Below are positions 24,001 to 36,546 of a stretch of DNA of 64,000 bases, piece by piece. The position numbers and the translations under genes are program-made. The stretch spans positions 1,656,670 through 1,720,669 of the forward strand of contig ML992505.1 of NCBI GenBank assembly GCA_010093995.1. Reading direction: 5' to 3'. The DNA is from Elsinoe ampelina (taxonomy: Eukaryota). Position 1 is the first letter of the stretch, and each line of letters starts with the position of its first letter. The notes beneath the pieces were generated by a model. The model was given only the letters and a program-made list of their open reading frames with translations. It was not told where the DNA came from and searched no databases.

Positions 24001-25230
24001 ATGGCCTTCCAACAACAACAAATGCCTGCCTATGGCTACTGCGACTCCTACTTTGTTGAGAACCACGACGACGATGATGGATTCTTCGCCAGGGCTGCTG
24101 CTCAGCGTGAGCACGCACGTGCTGTCGCCCGAGCTCGATCACGACAATTTGCAGACGAACTTTCACGACTCACAGCTGACGAATATGAAGAGGATGTCCT
24201 CGATCATATGGAGCAGATGGAATCAGAAACCATGCCCGACATTCACTCGATCGAGATTCAAACTGAGATTCAATGGTTTATGAGGCCATACCTTCTCGAC
24301 TTTCTCCTCGAGGCCCACCATGCATTCCAGCTTCTGCCAGAGACTCTTTTCTTGGCTGTCAACCTCCTCGACCGATACTGCTCCCGACGTGTCGTCTATA
24401 AGCGTCACTACCAGCTGGTCGGTTGTGCTGCTCTTCTGATTGCCGCCAAGTACGGTGACCGCAAAGACCGTGTGCCAACCATTAGGGAGCTCAAGTCAAT
24501 GTGCTGCTCATTATACGACGAAGACATGTTCACACAGATGGAATGGCACGTGCTACAGACTCTCAACTGGATCGTCGGTCACCCTACCGTCTCAAGCTTC
24601 CTCGACCTCGCCTTGTCGGAATCTCCAGTCGACCCTGAGCTTCAGAACATGACTCTGTACATCTCCGAGATGGCTCTCTACCACAAGGATTTCATCTCGG
24701 TCCTCCCGTCAGTCATGGCCCGCTCGTCCTTAGCACTTGCAAGGTGCATTCTCAACCGTCCTCAACCTCAGCACTCCGAATGGTCTGCCAGGTACGATGC
24801 CAACGTTGTCGTCGACCTGTCCAATTACCTTGCACAGCCTTCTCAGGCACTCTTCAGAAAGTATGGATCAGCACACCTATCGTCATCGTCAAGCACAGTC
24901 GAGGCATTCCTCCAGCACCAGGCTATGATGCAACGACAAAGCATGCAAGCTGCTGTTGTTCAACCTCAAGATTCACCCATGTCGATGGTCGACAGCTTCC
25001 ACATGTCTCCTCAAACACCACAAAAGCCTGTCTTCCAACAACAGGTTGCCATCCAGGGTGTTCTGACTCCACCCATCACTCCAGACAAGGACTATGAGGG
25101 CACAACATACGGTGCTACACAACAAAACCTCATGCCCAAACTGAGTGCATGCGTTCCGACACCACCTCCCAGCATGGGATCCTTCCAGGCGATGCCCCCG
25201 TACGCACAACACACCTCATACATTCAATGA
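24001..25230 (+). CDS. CCN1: G1/S cyclin (Ccn1/Puc1/PucA-type)
   Basis: Cyclin box EIQWFMRPYLLDFLLEAH...ETLFLAVNLLDRYCS...LVGCAALLIAAKY; C-terminal SP/TP-rich tail (SPQTPQK, LTPPITP). Confidence 0.9.
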   Translation: MAFQQQQMPAYGYCDSYFVENHDDDDGFFARAAAQREHARAVARARSRQFADELSRLTADEYEEDVLDHMEQMESETMPDIHSIEIQTEIQWFMRPYLLDFLLEAHHAFQLLPETLFLAVNLLDRYCSRRVVYKRHYQLVGCAALLIAAKYGDRKDRVPTIRELKSMCCSLYDEDMFTQMEWHVLQTLNWIVGHPTVSSFLDLALSESPVDPELQNMTLYISEMALYHKDFISVLPSVMARSSLALARCILNRPQPQHSEWSARYDANVVVDLSNYLAQPSQALFRKYGSAHLSSSSSTVEAFLQHQAMMQRQSMQAAVVQPQDSPMSMVDSFHMSPQTPQKPVFQQQVAIQGVLTPPITPDKDYEGTTYGATQQNLMPKLSACVPTPPPSMGSFQAMPPYAQHTSYIQ

Positions 25231-25850
25231 GGGTTGTAACACTACATCATCTGCTTTTGAGTTTCACCACACCAGCATTGCAAGCGAGCGTCTTTCATTT
25301 TCCGTCAACAATTTCACGAGCCGGTCATACAAAAAAGGGACGCAGGCATTTGCACAGACTGCACTACACGACATGTTTTGGAATGTCAAGGCCCAAGAAT
25401 TGAAGGAGAGCCTACTCGAGAAGAGTAAAGGCTGGGGATCTTCTCCTCCCATGGGCCTGAATATGATGATGGCAAGGACACTGTTCCGCAGAGGCATCCA
25501 TAGAGAGCCAGCGTTGACTTTTGAGATGGATCCAGAGTGGGATTCATCTGGGCGAGATCTTTTCCGGCTTCAACTGCATGTATAACATAGCTGCCACCGG
25601 CTAATAGAACCTCGTCAAACAAATTGCTGTTCCAATTGACCCTCTCGTGTCACAATCTCACCATTTCCAATCGTTCGCTGATGTAATATTCAATGTTCCA
25701 TGACTCGCACCAATCACGTTAACCACGTGGGGGTCTGACATCCCACCTCCAAAAAAATCCCCAACTTCAATGCCCCTCCTCTCATCCTTCACCAAGCCAT
25801 TGCCCACCACCACACTCCTCCACCGCTCAATCCGCCTCCGCACGCCCATC

Positions 25851-26837
25851 ATGGCATCCACAGCAACCTCCTACCCAGGTCCGTCCCCTCCCCCCCCCCT
25901 TCACACCCGCACTGACCCCCGTCCGCCAGACCCCGTCCGCATCGCCGTAATAGGCGGCACAGGCCTCCAATCCCTCCCAGGCTTCACCCCCGTCGCGACC
26001 CTCTCCCCCACCACGCCATGGGGCGCCCCCTCCTCGCCCATCTCCATCCTGCACCACCCGTCCCCGACCACCGGCGCGCCCATCCCCATCGCCTTCCTCT
26101 CCCGCCACGGCCTCCACCACCAATTCGCGCCCCACGAGGTGCCGAACCGCGCCAACATCGCCGCCTTGCGCCACCTGGGCGTGCGCACCGTCATCGCCTT
26201 CTCCGCCGTCGGCAGTCTGCAGGAGGAGATCAAGCCGCGGGATTTCGTGGTGCCGGACCAGATCATCGACCGGACGAAAGGGGTGAGGGCGTTTACGTTT
26301 TTCGAGGGGGGGATGGTGGGACACGTTGGGTTCGCGGACCCATTCGACGCGGGGCTGGCGGAGGTGGTGAGGCGGTGTGGGAGGGCGTTGCAGGGTGACG
26401 GGGTGAGGTTGCATGAGGAGGGAACGGTGGTTTGTATGGAGGGACCGCAGTTTAGCACGCGGGCGGAGAGTAATCTCTACAGGAGCTGGGGTGGGAGTGT
26501 GATTAACATGTCGGCGTTGCCCGAGGCAAAGCTGGCGAGGGAGGCTGAGTTGGGGTATCAGATGATTTGTATGAGTACGGATTATGATTGTTGGAAGAAT
26601 AGCGAGGATGTGAGTGTGGAGATGGTCATGGGGCATATGAAGGCGAATGCGGATAATGCGAGGAGGTTTGTGGCGGGCGTGTTGGATGAGTTGAGTAAGG
26701 AGGAGAATCAGGCTTTGGTTGAGGCGAGGCATTTGGTGGGAGGGACCAAGTTTGCGGCGAGTATGACGGGCGAGGCGGGGAGGTCGCAGGAGGCGAAGCA
26801 GAGGTTGGGATGGTTGTTCCCGGAGTACTTTGGGTGA
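25851..26837 (+). CDS. MEU1: S-methyl-5'-thioadenosine phosphorylase (alternative upstream ATG at 25770)
   Basis: IAVIGGTG, FLSRHG, RANIAAL, MEGPQFSTRAES, INMSALPEAKLAREAE, STDYDCW. Confidence 0.96.
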   Translation: MASTATSYPGPSPPPPLHTRTDPRPPDPVRIAVIGGTGLQSLPGFTPVATLSPTTPWGAPSSPISILHHPSPTTGAPIPIAFLSRHGLHHQFAPHEVPNRANIAALRHLGVRTVIAFSAVGSLQEEIKPRDFVVPDQIIDRTKGVRAFTFFEGGMVGHVGFADPFDAGLAEVVRRCGRALQGDGVRLHEEGTVVCMEGPQFSTRAESNLYRSWGGSVINMSALPEAKLAREAELGYQMICMSTDYDCWKNSEDVSVEMVMGHMKANADNARRFVAGVLDELSKEENQALVEARHLVGGTKFAASMTGEAGRSQEAKQRLGWLFPEYFG

Positions 26838-27036
26838 AACGAATACTGGCATGCGATGGAGAGGTCATATGAGATTCCATGTGTGGCCTGGGGCCAGGAC
26901 TGGAACACAGGTAGTGCATCCTGCTTTCGTCCAGCCATCGCTGTTTGATGATCAACAGACCGACCGTGTCGTTGATACAATATCAATACAGCTACCCGAA
27001 CCATGTCTTTCCAACCACACACACACTCTCTCTCTC

Positions 27037-27795
27037 TCATCCTTGACTGCCGAACCCATATCCACCCCATAACCAGAACGCTTCGAGGTCGACAGGTGGC
27101 ACCTGCCTTGGCTCCCACTCCATCCACTCACTCCGCCCCTCCCACCCCCACTCCCTCATCTCCAACGCCCACTTCACCCCCGCCAGCTCCCGCTCGAACA
27201 AAACACTGACCACCCTTGCCCTCGTCCAATCGCTCTGTTCCGCCAACTCCACGACCAACGGCAGCAAGTACTCATCTGCCCACCGGCCCACCTCCTCCGG
27301 GCCTGCGACTATGCTGCCAGTGGTAGGAATGTTACGGAGCAAATCGCGGTACAAAAGACGAGCGCGATGGCGGGCGCGGAGTTGGTCGACGGTGAGGGGT
27401 GAGTGCCCGTAGAGGTGGGCGAAGCCGCGGTCGGGGAGAGGGTTGGAGAGAGAGGATTGGAGGCGGGGATTGAGGGGGGCTTCGGTGGGGGTTGGTTGGG
27501 AGACCTGGTCTGGTGGAGATGGCTGTCCCTCTGGTAGTGGTTGCTGTTGTGTTGGTAGGACGGGCTCTCCTGCTGGTGGGGCGAGTGCTTGTCCTGGCTG
27601 GATAGGTTGGGGTTCTGATGGGGTTAGTTGCTGTTCTGTCAGGGGTAGGTGTTGTTCTGGGAAGTACTGACGTTGGTCTGGTAGTATTGTTCGGCTTGTG
27701 TGGAGCGGTCGGCCGAGCGCAGCACGTCGGACGCGTGGCGCCCTTTGTCGTACTGGTAGTTCTAGCGTGCGTGGGGTGCTCCTATCGGCTGGCAT
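27037..27795 (-). CDS. Hypothetical Pro/Gln-rich protein
   Basis: 252-aa ATG-initiated ORF, low-complexity N-half, no family recognised. Confidence 0.5.
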   Translation of the reverse strand: MPADRSTPRTLELPVRQRAPRVRRAALGRPLHTSRTILPDQRQYFPEQHLPLTEQQLTPSEPQPIQPGQALAPPAGEPVLPTQQQPLPEGQPSPPDQVSQPTPTEAPLNPRLQSSLSNPLPDRGFAHLYGHSPLTVDQLRARHRARLLYRDLLRNIPTTGSIVAGPEEVGRWADEYLLPLVVELAEQSDWTRARVVSVLFERELAGVKWALEMREWGWEGRSEWMEWEPRQVPPVDLEAFWLWGGYGFGSQG

Positions 27796-28298
27796 ATTGA
27801 TTGGTATATGATGGAGAGGTCGTAGCGGTGTTGAAGGAGTGAGAAGATGGGAGACATTGCTGTATCATCCGGTTTTAAATCTCACGTCCATTTGGCTTCA
27901 TAACGAAATGAGAGGTGACACAAAAGCAATACTTTGCTTTCGTCCCTATGAACCATCTGCATGACTCTTTCTGGGAATGCGGCCACGGTGGCAGCGATGA
28001 GATCAACACGAAAGTCCATAAGAAGCTGTAAAGGAGAGGGAGGATACTACTAGGCATGAAAATTGATTCCAGGTTGACACGATTAGGGACGTTTAGGTAA
28101 GAAATAAAGCGTGTTTGCTTTTGTATGCTTACGCGGAGGGCGTCTAGCGACTCGTCCATCACCACTGCAGATATTCTAAGTCCCTCGCACCGGAAATTAC
28201 GCTCCAAGGCGGGTCCGCTTATTCATTGACCATCTAAGAGCTGTGTGAAGTGTCAATTGAAAGTGTGAGCTATCTCCTTGAACGCAACAACTCACTGC

Positions 28299-28790
28299 TT
28301 AATATGCAACTTGTAGTACGAGTTGGGATACTCTGAGCTGATCTTCTCCAGACCAATCTGTAACATTGTCAGGACTGGTAGTTAAATACCCCATCGTGAT
28401 GACTAACTTAGATCGCTCAAAGTTGTTTGTGCCCCAGCTGCCTACATTCTTGTAGATGTTGTCCGCCCATCCATTTACACGCAAGCGGTCCAAGTCGTTG
28501 TTGATAAGCGTAGTGGCATCGATGAGCTTGACGTCGACGGTGCTGCCGGATGAAGCAGGCATGGTGGCCCAGACGGTGAACGGAACATTCTTGGAAGAAT
28601 CTGGGCCATTGGCTGCCACGAAAGACAGTGCGGTAAAGAGCCCGTCGGTGCCTCCCGATTCGCTGGTCTTGACAGTCGTGATGTTGCCGTCGGTGACAGT
28701 TTGAGTGGTGCCATCGAGGCTGCTGAGGGTGGAGGGACCGACGAAGGCAATGTAACGATCACTCTCGTTCTTGAAAGAGCTGGAAAGGTG
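28299..28790 (-). CDS. Terminal exon of a hypothetical protein; 5' exons not resolved
   Basis: Open frame with protein-like composition (DRYIAFVGPSTLSSLDG...RVSQLVLQVAY*), preceded by a possible TTTCCAG acceptor. Confidence 0.45.
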   Translation of the reverse strand, partial: HLSSSFKNESDRYIAFVGPSTLSSLDGTTQTVTDGNITTVKTSESGGTDGLFTALSFVAANGPDSSKNVPFTVWATMPASSGSTVDVKLIDATTLINNDLDRLRVNGWADNIYKNVGSWGTNNFERSKLVITMGYLTTSPDNVTDWSGEDQLRVSQLVLQVAY

Positions 28791-30042
28791 TGCTTCTACC
28801 CAGGTATATATAGCCAGGTTTGATATAGGATATGGGAACGATGGAATGCAGGAGATCACATCGTCACAGCAGGCGACCTGAACCTGCCTCATTAACTCCC
28901 GTCATAGAGCTCCAGTTCGAGCATGTGAAGGACTGATTGGATGATCAACATGCAGTGCGAGGCTTGCTGCTGGGTTTCTCGTCTCCCCATACGTGCGTGT
29001 ACGGGGTAGCATAGCGAGAATGCGTCCCGAATGACGACCGACAGTGAATTGAAGCGACCGCCTGATCCAATAGATAGCATACACCGCTCAATGGATCCGC
29101 GGATGTGTGGCGTTGGCAGCGTTAGGGAAGCAGAGTACTACTAGCACGGAGCTGACCACGCAGGAGGATCCGAATCTCGTGTCAATGCAAGCCATAGCAT
29201 GCTTCTTTAAGGAGGGATCAGCCGCGAAGTCGCTCCACCCGGTTCTCCCAAAGTAAGAGAATCGTGCATATTCAGCTGGATGTGGATCAGCCACGAAAAC
29301 GAGATGTAGTAGAGCTTCACAAGCGATCAACGTCAACCCCCTTCAGCATCGCTGAAGACCATCACCATGACGTCCGATCCAACTCGTCATGATCTGATCG
29401 GATGCAGACGAGTCGTTTGGCCATGCAAAATGTCCTTTGTGGCAAGAGACTGCAACACAGGCTGGTCAGACTTGCTCCTTGAATGCTGTGGACCACGGAG
29501 CTTTGATGCATCGGATAGCTGTTGCTTGTTCGATTGAACGGCGTCATTGCTAGCCGCGGAGCGCCGAAGATAGGATCGTTAGGAATGAGGTGCAGCTTGT
29601 GATCGATGGAGGTGATTGAGGGACAGCTTGCAAATGACAAAGTCTCAGTCCTCAGTCACCTCAGCGCTTTGGGAATGCGTCTGAGGCAATGACATGACGC
29701 GTGGGTGAGCTCCGAAGCTTGGCACATGCATCGGAGCGTTATGGACTTTGACAAAGCTGGTCTCATGACAATCGTTTGCACTACCATCTACAACACCTAA
29801 CATCACCTCTGCGCTTGTCGCATCCATCCGAATTCATCTCCAGTCACTTCTGCAGCACTCACAGCGCCGGTTTCGGGAGTTCAGGACTTTCAGCTGGGAG
29901 CTCCGGGGCCTTGCTGAGCTTGCCGCAGCGCCTTGTCCATCACCCGAGAAGACATCTCTCACCTGTCCGATCATCACAACGATAGAGTCACTGGTCATCT
30001 TACGTTCCACATCACATCAGCCTTCCTCCAGGCTATTTAATA

Positions 30043-33000
30043 ATGGTCTTCCCATCCGCCGCCGGCCTGGTTGGCTTTCTCTCAGAGCCCGATCACGCGC
30101 TTCAAGTCTTTGCTTTGGAGAAGCTCAATGAAGAGATAGACAATATCTGGACAGAGGTCTCGGGCTCGATTGGACAAATGTGAGCACTCCAAGACATGCA
30201 GGGATGGGAAAGCGGCTTGCCGCGATGACCCTCAGCTTCATGCTGCTACATCAACGATGAACATTTGCTGATACGGGTACAGAGAGGCGCTATACGAAGA
30301 TGAATCGTTCCCAGCTCGCGAGCTGGCCGCGCTCGTCGCCGCAAAGGTCTACTATCAGCTACAAGAGTACAATGAGAGTATGGTCTTTGCTTTGGGTGCC
30401 GGCAAACTGTTCGATCTCGACCGAGCAGGAGAATTCGAGGAGACGATAGTTGGTAAGCCAACGCACTAATCCAGGGATGGTCTGATGCTGATACTCTCGC
30501 AGCAAAATGTATCGACACATATATCGCCTTGTCCGCCATGCACAATCCTCCTGCTCCAGCAAGCTCGACAGGACAAAACTCCGGTCATCTCTCTGAAGCT
30601 TTCCCCAGCAATGCAAATGGGTCGGCTACATCGAATCAGAACATAATGTCTCCTACCACGCCCTTCTCGCAATCCACCTTACCGTCCAAGAGCTTGTTGT
30701 CTAGAGAGAACACATCCACATTCGATTCGTCGGCTCCTGGAGGGGGAAATGCCGGTATCGCTGGTGCACACCCTTCGCCTCTGACGCTGTCCCGAAACAC
30801 TCAAAAGAACCTGCAGCAAGTCATTCGTCAAATCTTCGAATCATGCTACTCGACGGGTGCTTATCGTCATGTGGTCGGCATCGCGGTGGAGGCAAGGAAC
30901 AGGGACATCCTACGAGAGGCCATCATGCGTTGCAGTCAAGACGAAAAGTCGAAGGGCAAGAAGTCTGCCACATCTGGCGTCACACAAACAGAAGATCTCA
31001 TGGAGTACATCTTGGATATCTGCATGAATGTCGTGCAAGAGCGTGGTCTCCGCAACGAGGTATGGCTCATGCAAGCTGGATTCTCTGACCAAGGCTAACG
31101 TTCTCTAGATTCTCCAACTTATCCTGGACCTCCTCAACGATATCCCAAGCCCCGACTACTTTGCCATTGCACGATGCGTCGTCTACCTCGGCCAGCATGC
31201 CATGGCTACTGATATCCTCCGTCAACTTGTTCAAAAAGGTGATGGCAAGTCATTAGCTATCGCTTATCAGTTATCTTTCGATCTGTATGAGAATGGCACA
31301 CAAGAGTTTCTGAACAAGGTATGGGAAGAGCTGCCAGACGTGGATGGACATGAGGGAAATGGCAACGGTAACCACATCGGCAATGGAGCACCTGTACCGC
31401 CACAAGAGTCCTCAAACGGCGCCGACGAGCCCAACGAGTCAACACAATTACTGTCGGAGCTTGAGCAGAGCTCGAATGCGCCGAAGACGACGGTTGTGAC
31501 AGGCTTGACCAAGCCACACTCCCTGTCAGAAGAAGAGAAGAAAGCATACAAGGCGATCGATAGCATCCTCAAGGGCACAACGAGCATCGAATTGGAGTTG
31601 GAATTCTTGTTCCGCAGCAGTCGAGCTGACAGGACAGTCCTCAACAAGATTCGGGACAGCCTCGAAGCCAGAAACTCCATCTTCCACACCGCCGTCACAT
31701 TCGCGAACGCCTTTATGAACTCAGGAACGACCATAGACACGTTCTTCAGAGACAATCTTGAATGGTTAGGCAAGGCTGTCAACTGGTCCAAGTTCACAGC
31801 TACAGCAGCACTTGGTGTCATTCACCGCGGTAATTTGGGTCAAGGACAGAAGCTACTTGAACCCTACCTTCCACGAGAGGGCAACCCATCTGGTTCAGCT
31901 TATAGCCAAGGTGGATCTTTGTATGCCCTCGGTCTGATCTACACAAACCATGGCAGCGACGTCCTCGACTACCTTCGAGCTCAATTCAGGGGCACCAACG
32001 AGGAGGTCGTTCAACACGGTGGAGCCCTTGGTCTTGGTGTCGCTGGCATGGCTACTGGTTCCGAGGCCATCTATGAAGAGCTCAAGCAGGTTCTGTACTC
32101 TGACTCGGCTATCAATGGTGAGGCTGTCGGTCTGGCCATGGGTCTCGTCATGTTGGGAACAGCCAATTACCGGGCGCTGGAGGACATGGCACAATACGCT
32201 CACGACACCCAGCACGAGAAGATTGTCCGTGGTCTGGCTATGGGCATGGCCTTGATCGTCTACGGGCAGCAAGAAGAGGCTGATGAGCTTATCAACGGGA
32301 TGCTGGACGACGCTGATCCGACCCTAAGGTACGGTGGTATCTTCGCCGTTGCCATGGCGTATTGCGGAAGCAGCAGCAACAAGGCTGTAAGGAAGCTGTT
32401 GCACGTTGCCGTCAGTGATGTCAGTGATGATGTCCGACGAGCAGCAGTCATGAGCTTGGGCTTTGTGCTCTTCCGCAAGCCCACCAGCGTTCCTCGCATG
32501 GTCGAGCTTCTCGCCGAGTCATACAACCCACACGTCAGGTATGGTGCTACCATGGCTCTTGGTATCGCCTGCGCTGGTACCGGCCTTGATGAGGCTGTCG
32601 ATCTTCTTGAACCGATGATGAAAGACTCTGTCGACTTTGTCAGACAAGGTGCGCTCATCTCACTCGCCATGATTATGGTCCAGCAAAACGAGACGATAAA
32701 CCCCAAGGTTGCCAGCATTCGCAAGACACTCAGCAAGATCATCAGTGACCGACATGAGGATGCCATGTGTAAATTTGGCTGCGCTCTGGCGCTGGGCATC
32801 ATCGACGCTGGTGGCCGCAACTGCACTATCGGGTTGCAGACCCAGACTGGCCAACTCAACATGTCTGCCATTGTCGGTATGGCAGTGTTCACACAATACT
32901 GGTACTGGTTTCCACTCACCCACTTTTTGTCTCTCGCCTTTACACCTACCGCCATTATTGGTGTTGATCAAGATCTCGAGATCCCGTCGTTTAAGTTCCA

Positions 33001-33739
33001 CAGCAATACACGGCCGAGCATGTTCGACTACCCACCAGAGCAGGAGATTAAGACAGAGGAAGTGCCAGAGAAGGTCAAGACTGCCGTACTGAGTACAACT
33101 GCACAAGCCAAGCGTCGTAAGCAAGCAAAGGAGAGGCAGGCAAGACGCGAGAGCATGGATGTCGACACGAGTCCGACCACGCCAAAGGTCGAGGGCATTC
33201 CAGATAGCGACAAGATGGATACGGATGAGAATGTCATCGAGACAACCAAGGACGTCGAGAAGGATGGCGATCAACCAACAGAGACGGAGAAGGTGAAGAA
33301 GCGGGTCGAACGTGAAAAGGTTGGCTACGAGCTCGAGAACATGTCGAGAGTCTTGCCAGCCCAGATCAAGTATATCAGCTTTGCACAGGAGGGACGGTAT
33401 CAGCCGGTCAAGAAGGTACGTCGTCGCTGGTCTTGAAGTTGAGCTACGTCACTAACGCAACTATAGCCTACGGGAGGAGTCATCCTACTCAACGACACGC
33501 AGCCATCCGAGAAGAAGACGCTCATGGAGCTCAAGTCGAAGAAGAAGCCCACACAACCTGCCGCCCCTGTACCTGGCCAGCGATCTGGAGAGTTGCCACA
33601 GACACCCGTTCGGGACATGGACGTCGATCGGAGCCGGAATGAAGCCGCCGAGGTGCTCAACGCTGTCGACGAGGGTGAGGGTGAAGCTGAGGTGCCCAAC
33701 GAGTTTGAGGTAGAGCCAGATGAGGACGACGTGCAGTAG
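30043..33739 (+). CDS. RPN2: 26S proteasome regulatory subunit Rpn2, 5 exons
   Basis: ATG 30043 MVFPSAAGLVGFLSEPD; introns 30180-30282, 30453-30502, 31060-31108, 33416-33466; PC repeats; NWSKFTATAALGVIH, FTQYWYWFPL, LENMSRVLPAQ. Confidence 0.97.
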
Positions 33740-34066
33740 ACTACTCTCTGGGGGTTGGTCCACAGTCTGGGATCAGGCAGGCACTTTCACACACTGTATT
33801 AGCATCACTGAGGCGAGGACGCGAGTTTCACCGGCCGCATCATCTGGTGTTGGCGCAGGTCTTGTAGAAATCAAATCACTGCCAGAATTACTGAGACATC
33901 TCTTGAATTTCCCCGTCGGGATCTGCTTGTTCCACTCGCCGGGCAAGGGTCTGCATCGCGTGTGAGCACGGACCGCCCAGAGCTTCTCCACAATTTCATC
34001 TCTCAGACCATTTCCCTCTTTTCTGTCCACACCACCAACACACCAACCACTCTGCTGCGCCGCGCC

Positions 34067-34141
34067 ATGATACGATGATTTTCAAGTGACGATTTCTGAT
34101 TCAACATTCAGACCAGTTCCTTTGATATTAGGCCATACGAT
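34067..34141 (+). promoter_or_regulatory. Two sterol-response-element-like motifs upstream of ERG9
   Basis: ATGATACGAT (34067) and CCATACGAT (34133), close to the SREBP/SrbA-type ATCATACGAT and containing the TCGTAT core on the opposite strand. Confidence 0.35.
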
Positions 34142-34210
34142 AAACGCGCCTGAGATTTACACCCTTCTTCTGTCCTAGATAATATCTTTTCAACCTCTTC
34201 AACCTCCACC

Positions 34211-35738
34211 ATGCCTTCTCTCAGCGAAATCGGTTACTATCTCATTCACGTTCAAGAACTCAGATCGATCGTACAATGGAAGTTATGGCACGACGCAGTA
34301 CATGAGAGGAATGAAGCAAAAGAATCGCCAGAATTGAAGCAATGTTTCGTCTACCTTGACATGACTAGTCGCAGTTTCGCTGCCGTCATCAAAGAGCTTC
34401 ATCCAGAACTTCTGGTACCAGTATGCCTCTTCTACCTTGTTCTACGCGGCTTGGATACCATCGAGGATGACATGACAATCGACATTGAAGAGAAGGAACC
34501 ATTATTACGCGACTTTGAGAACATCATTGAGAAGTCTGGCTGGACCTACAATGGGAATGGACCCAATGAGAAGGACAGAGAATTGCTCGTACACTTTGAT
34601 GTCGTGGTCGCCGAGTTCTTGAAGATTAAGGACGAGTATCGGGTCATCATCAAGGATATAACGAAGAGAATGGGCAATGGAATGGCCGACTACTGCAAGA
34701 ATCGGGATCACAATCTGCATGGTGTCAGCACGGTCAAGGACTACGAGTTGTACTGCCACTATGTCGCTGGGCTTGTCGGCGAGGGTCTGACGCGGTTATT
34801 CGTCGAGGCAAAGCTTGCAAATCCAGCACTGCTGAAGCGGACGGATCTGCACGAGTCCATGGGTCAATTCCTACAACAAACTAATATCGTTCGAGACATC
34901 AGGGAGGATCATGACGACAAGCGATACTTCTGGCCACGTGAAGTGTGGTCAAAGCATGTCGACAAGTTTGAGGATCTTTTCAAGCCAGAGAACAAGGAGA
35001 AGGCGCTTGCTTGCAGCTCAGAGATGGTCTTGTTGGCGCTTCGACGAGCGGATGACTGTCTCTTCTATTTGGCTGGTATCCGCGATCAGTCAGTTTTCAA
35101 CTTCTGCGCTATCCCACAAAGCATGGCCATTGCCACGCTAGAGCTCTGCTTCCAGAATCCCGCCATATTCGAACGCAACGTGAAGATCACAAAAGGAAAA
35201 GCTTGCGAGCTCATGACGAAGAGTACACAGAATCTGCAATTGGTGTGCGATGTCTTCCGGGACTATGCGAGGAAGATCCACAAGAAGAACAATCCACTGG
35301 ACCCCAGCTTTATCGATATCAGCGTGGCGTGCGGACAAATTGAGGTATTCATTGAGAGCATCTTCCCAAGTCAGACTGCACAAGCTCTCAAGGCTGGTCA
35401 ACAATTACAGCCAGGCAGACCAGCATTGACACCGGAGGAAGAGAAGAAGAAGGCAGAGCAAGACGCAGAGGCGAGACGGGATGTCGCGCTACTGATGGGT
35501 GCTACCTTTGGCGTCTTGATACTCATCACGCTTCTGATGGTAAGTCGACTATCTTACAGCTTGCTCTCATTCCTGACAATTCTAGCTCGTCGTCGCCTGG
35601 TATCTCGGTGCTCGCTTTGATCTCGTCTGGGAGCAAGTCAAAGAGCTCAATATCTGGCCTTCATCAAACAAAGGTCAGGTTTCCGCCATCATCGAAAACG
35701 CCAAATCAACAGCCAGCGCCATCAAGGACGAGCTCTGA
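34211..35738 (+). CDS. ERG9: Squalene synthase, 2 exons
   Basis: [58 protein letters not shown]; intron 35540-35585; ends ...SAIKDEL*. Confidence 0.97.
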
Positions 35739-36546
35739 ATGATTACCTCTTCTCTTCACTGTATCAGCTATTACACACGCGAATCGGGCGGCAACGGTCT
35801 CCAGTCCCTAGAGGGAAGGCATTCATGGTCTGTATATCTACATATGCGCGCTGCTAAATACCCGAGAATTTCTAATGCGATGTCCATACTGGCTTCTGAC
35901 TATACTGACAAGTGACTCCATTTCCGACGGGGACAAGGGGGTTTCTTTCCTTAGCACGGATGTCAAATTGCAATGTGGCCGTATCCTTTGTGGTACCTCG
36001 ATCCATGGCCTCTGTTGTGCCGAGAAGTGCTGATATTGATCTCGTCTGACCCGGCGACGGGGCGGCTTCTTCTACTCTTGCTCACCTGTTGATGGCCCAT
36101 CTCGAGTTGCGCTGGGCTATTGTCCGGAGCTGAGTGAGATGGGGATGAGGGATGGTCAAGTGAGGTGGAGGGAGGCGGCGATGGACATTTATTTGATGTG
36201 GTGATTCTGATCTGAGGCAATTCATTGGGTGGGAATCACATGCAGAGTCACACGGACAACTGTTCATGTGTAACTTATGGCAGCTGTAGATTCATTCTTG
36301 ATACATAAGAACACTTCTCCTCGCAATCGTCACTACCATTTGCCTCCTCCTTCGTGAAAGAGCATCATCCAAAGTCCGTGCGCAGAGCCGCATTCGCTAC
36401 TTCCAAAAGATTTCGGCCAGCCAGGACTTCTTTCAGCAGTTGTTAATCGCAATCTACCTTTACGCCTCACACCATCTTTCATTGCCCGCAACTTTACGTC
36501 AGTCACCGAATAGCACGCAGAACTCATATCCACATCACTCGCAATC

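Noticed and set aside
25827..26852. Long antisense ORFs (341 aa here; also 7799-8488, 32260-32955, 52505-53242, 58208-58894)
   Set aside because: Shadows of codon bias or low complexity on the opposite strand of real genes.
34066..34154. Possible box C/D snoRNA (ATGAT...CTGA)
   Set aside because: Box C is imperfect, no rRNA guide recognised, and the position fits the ERG9 promoter.
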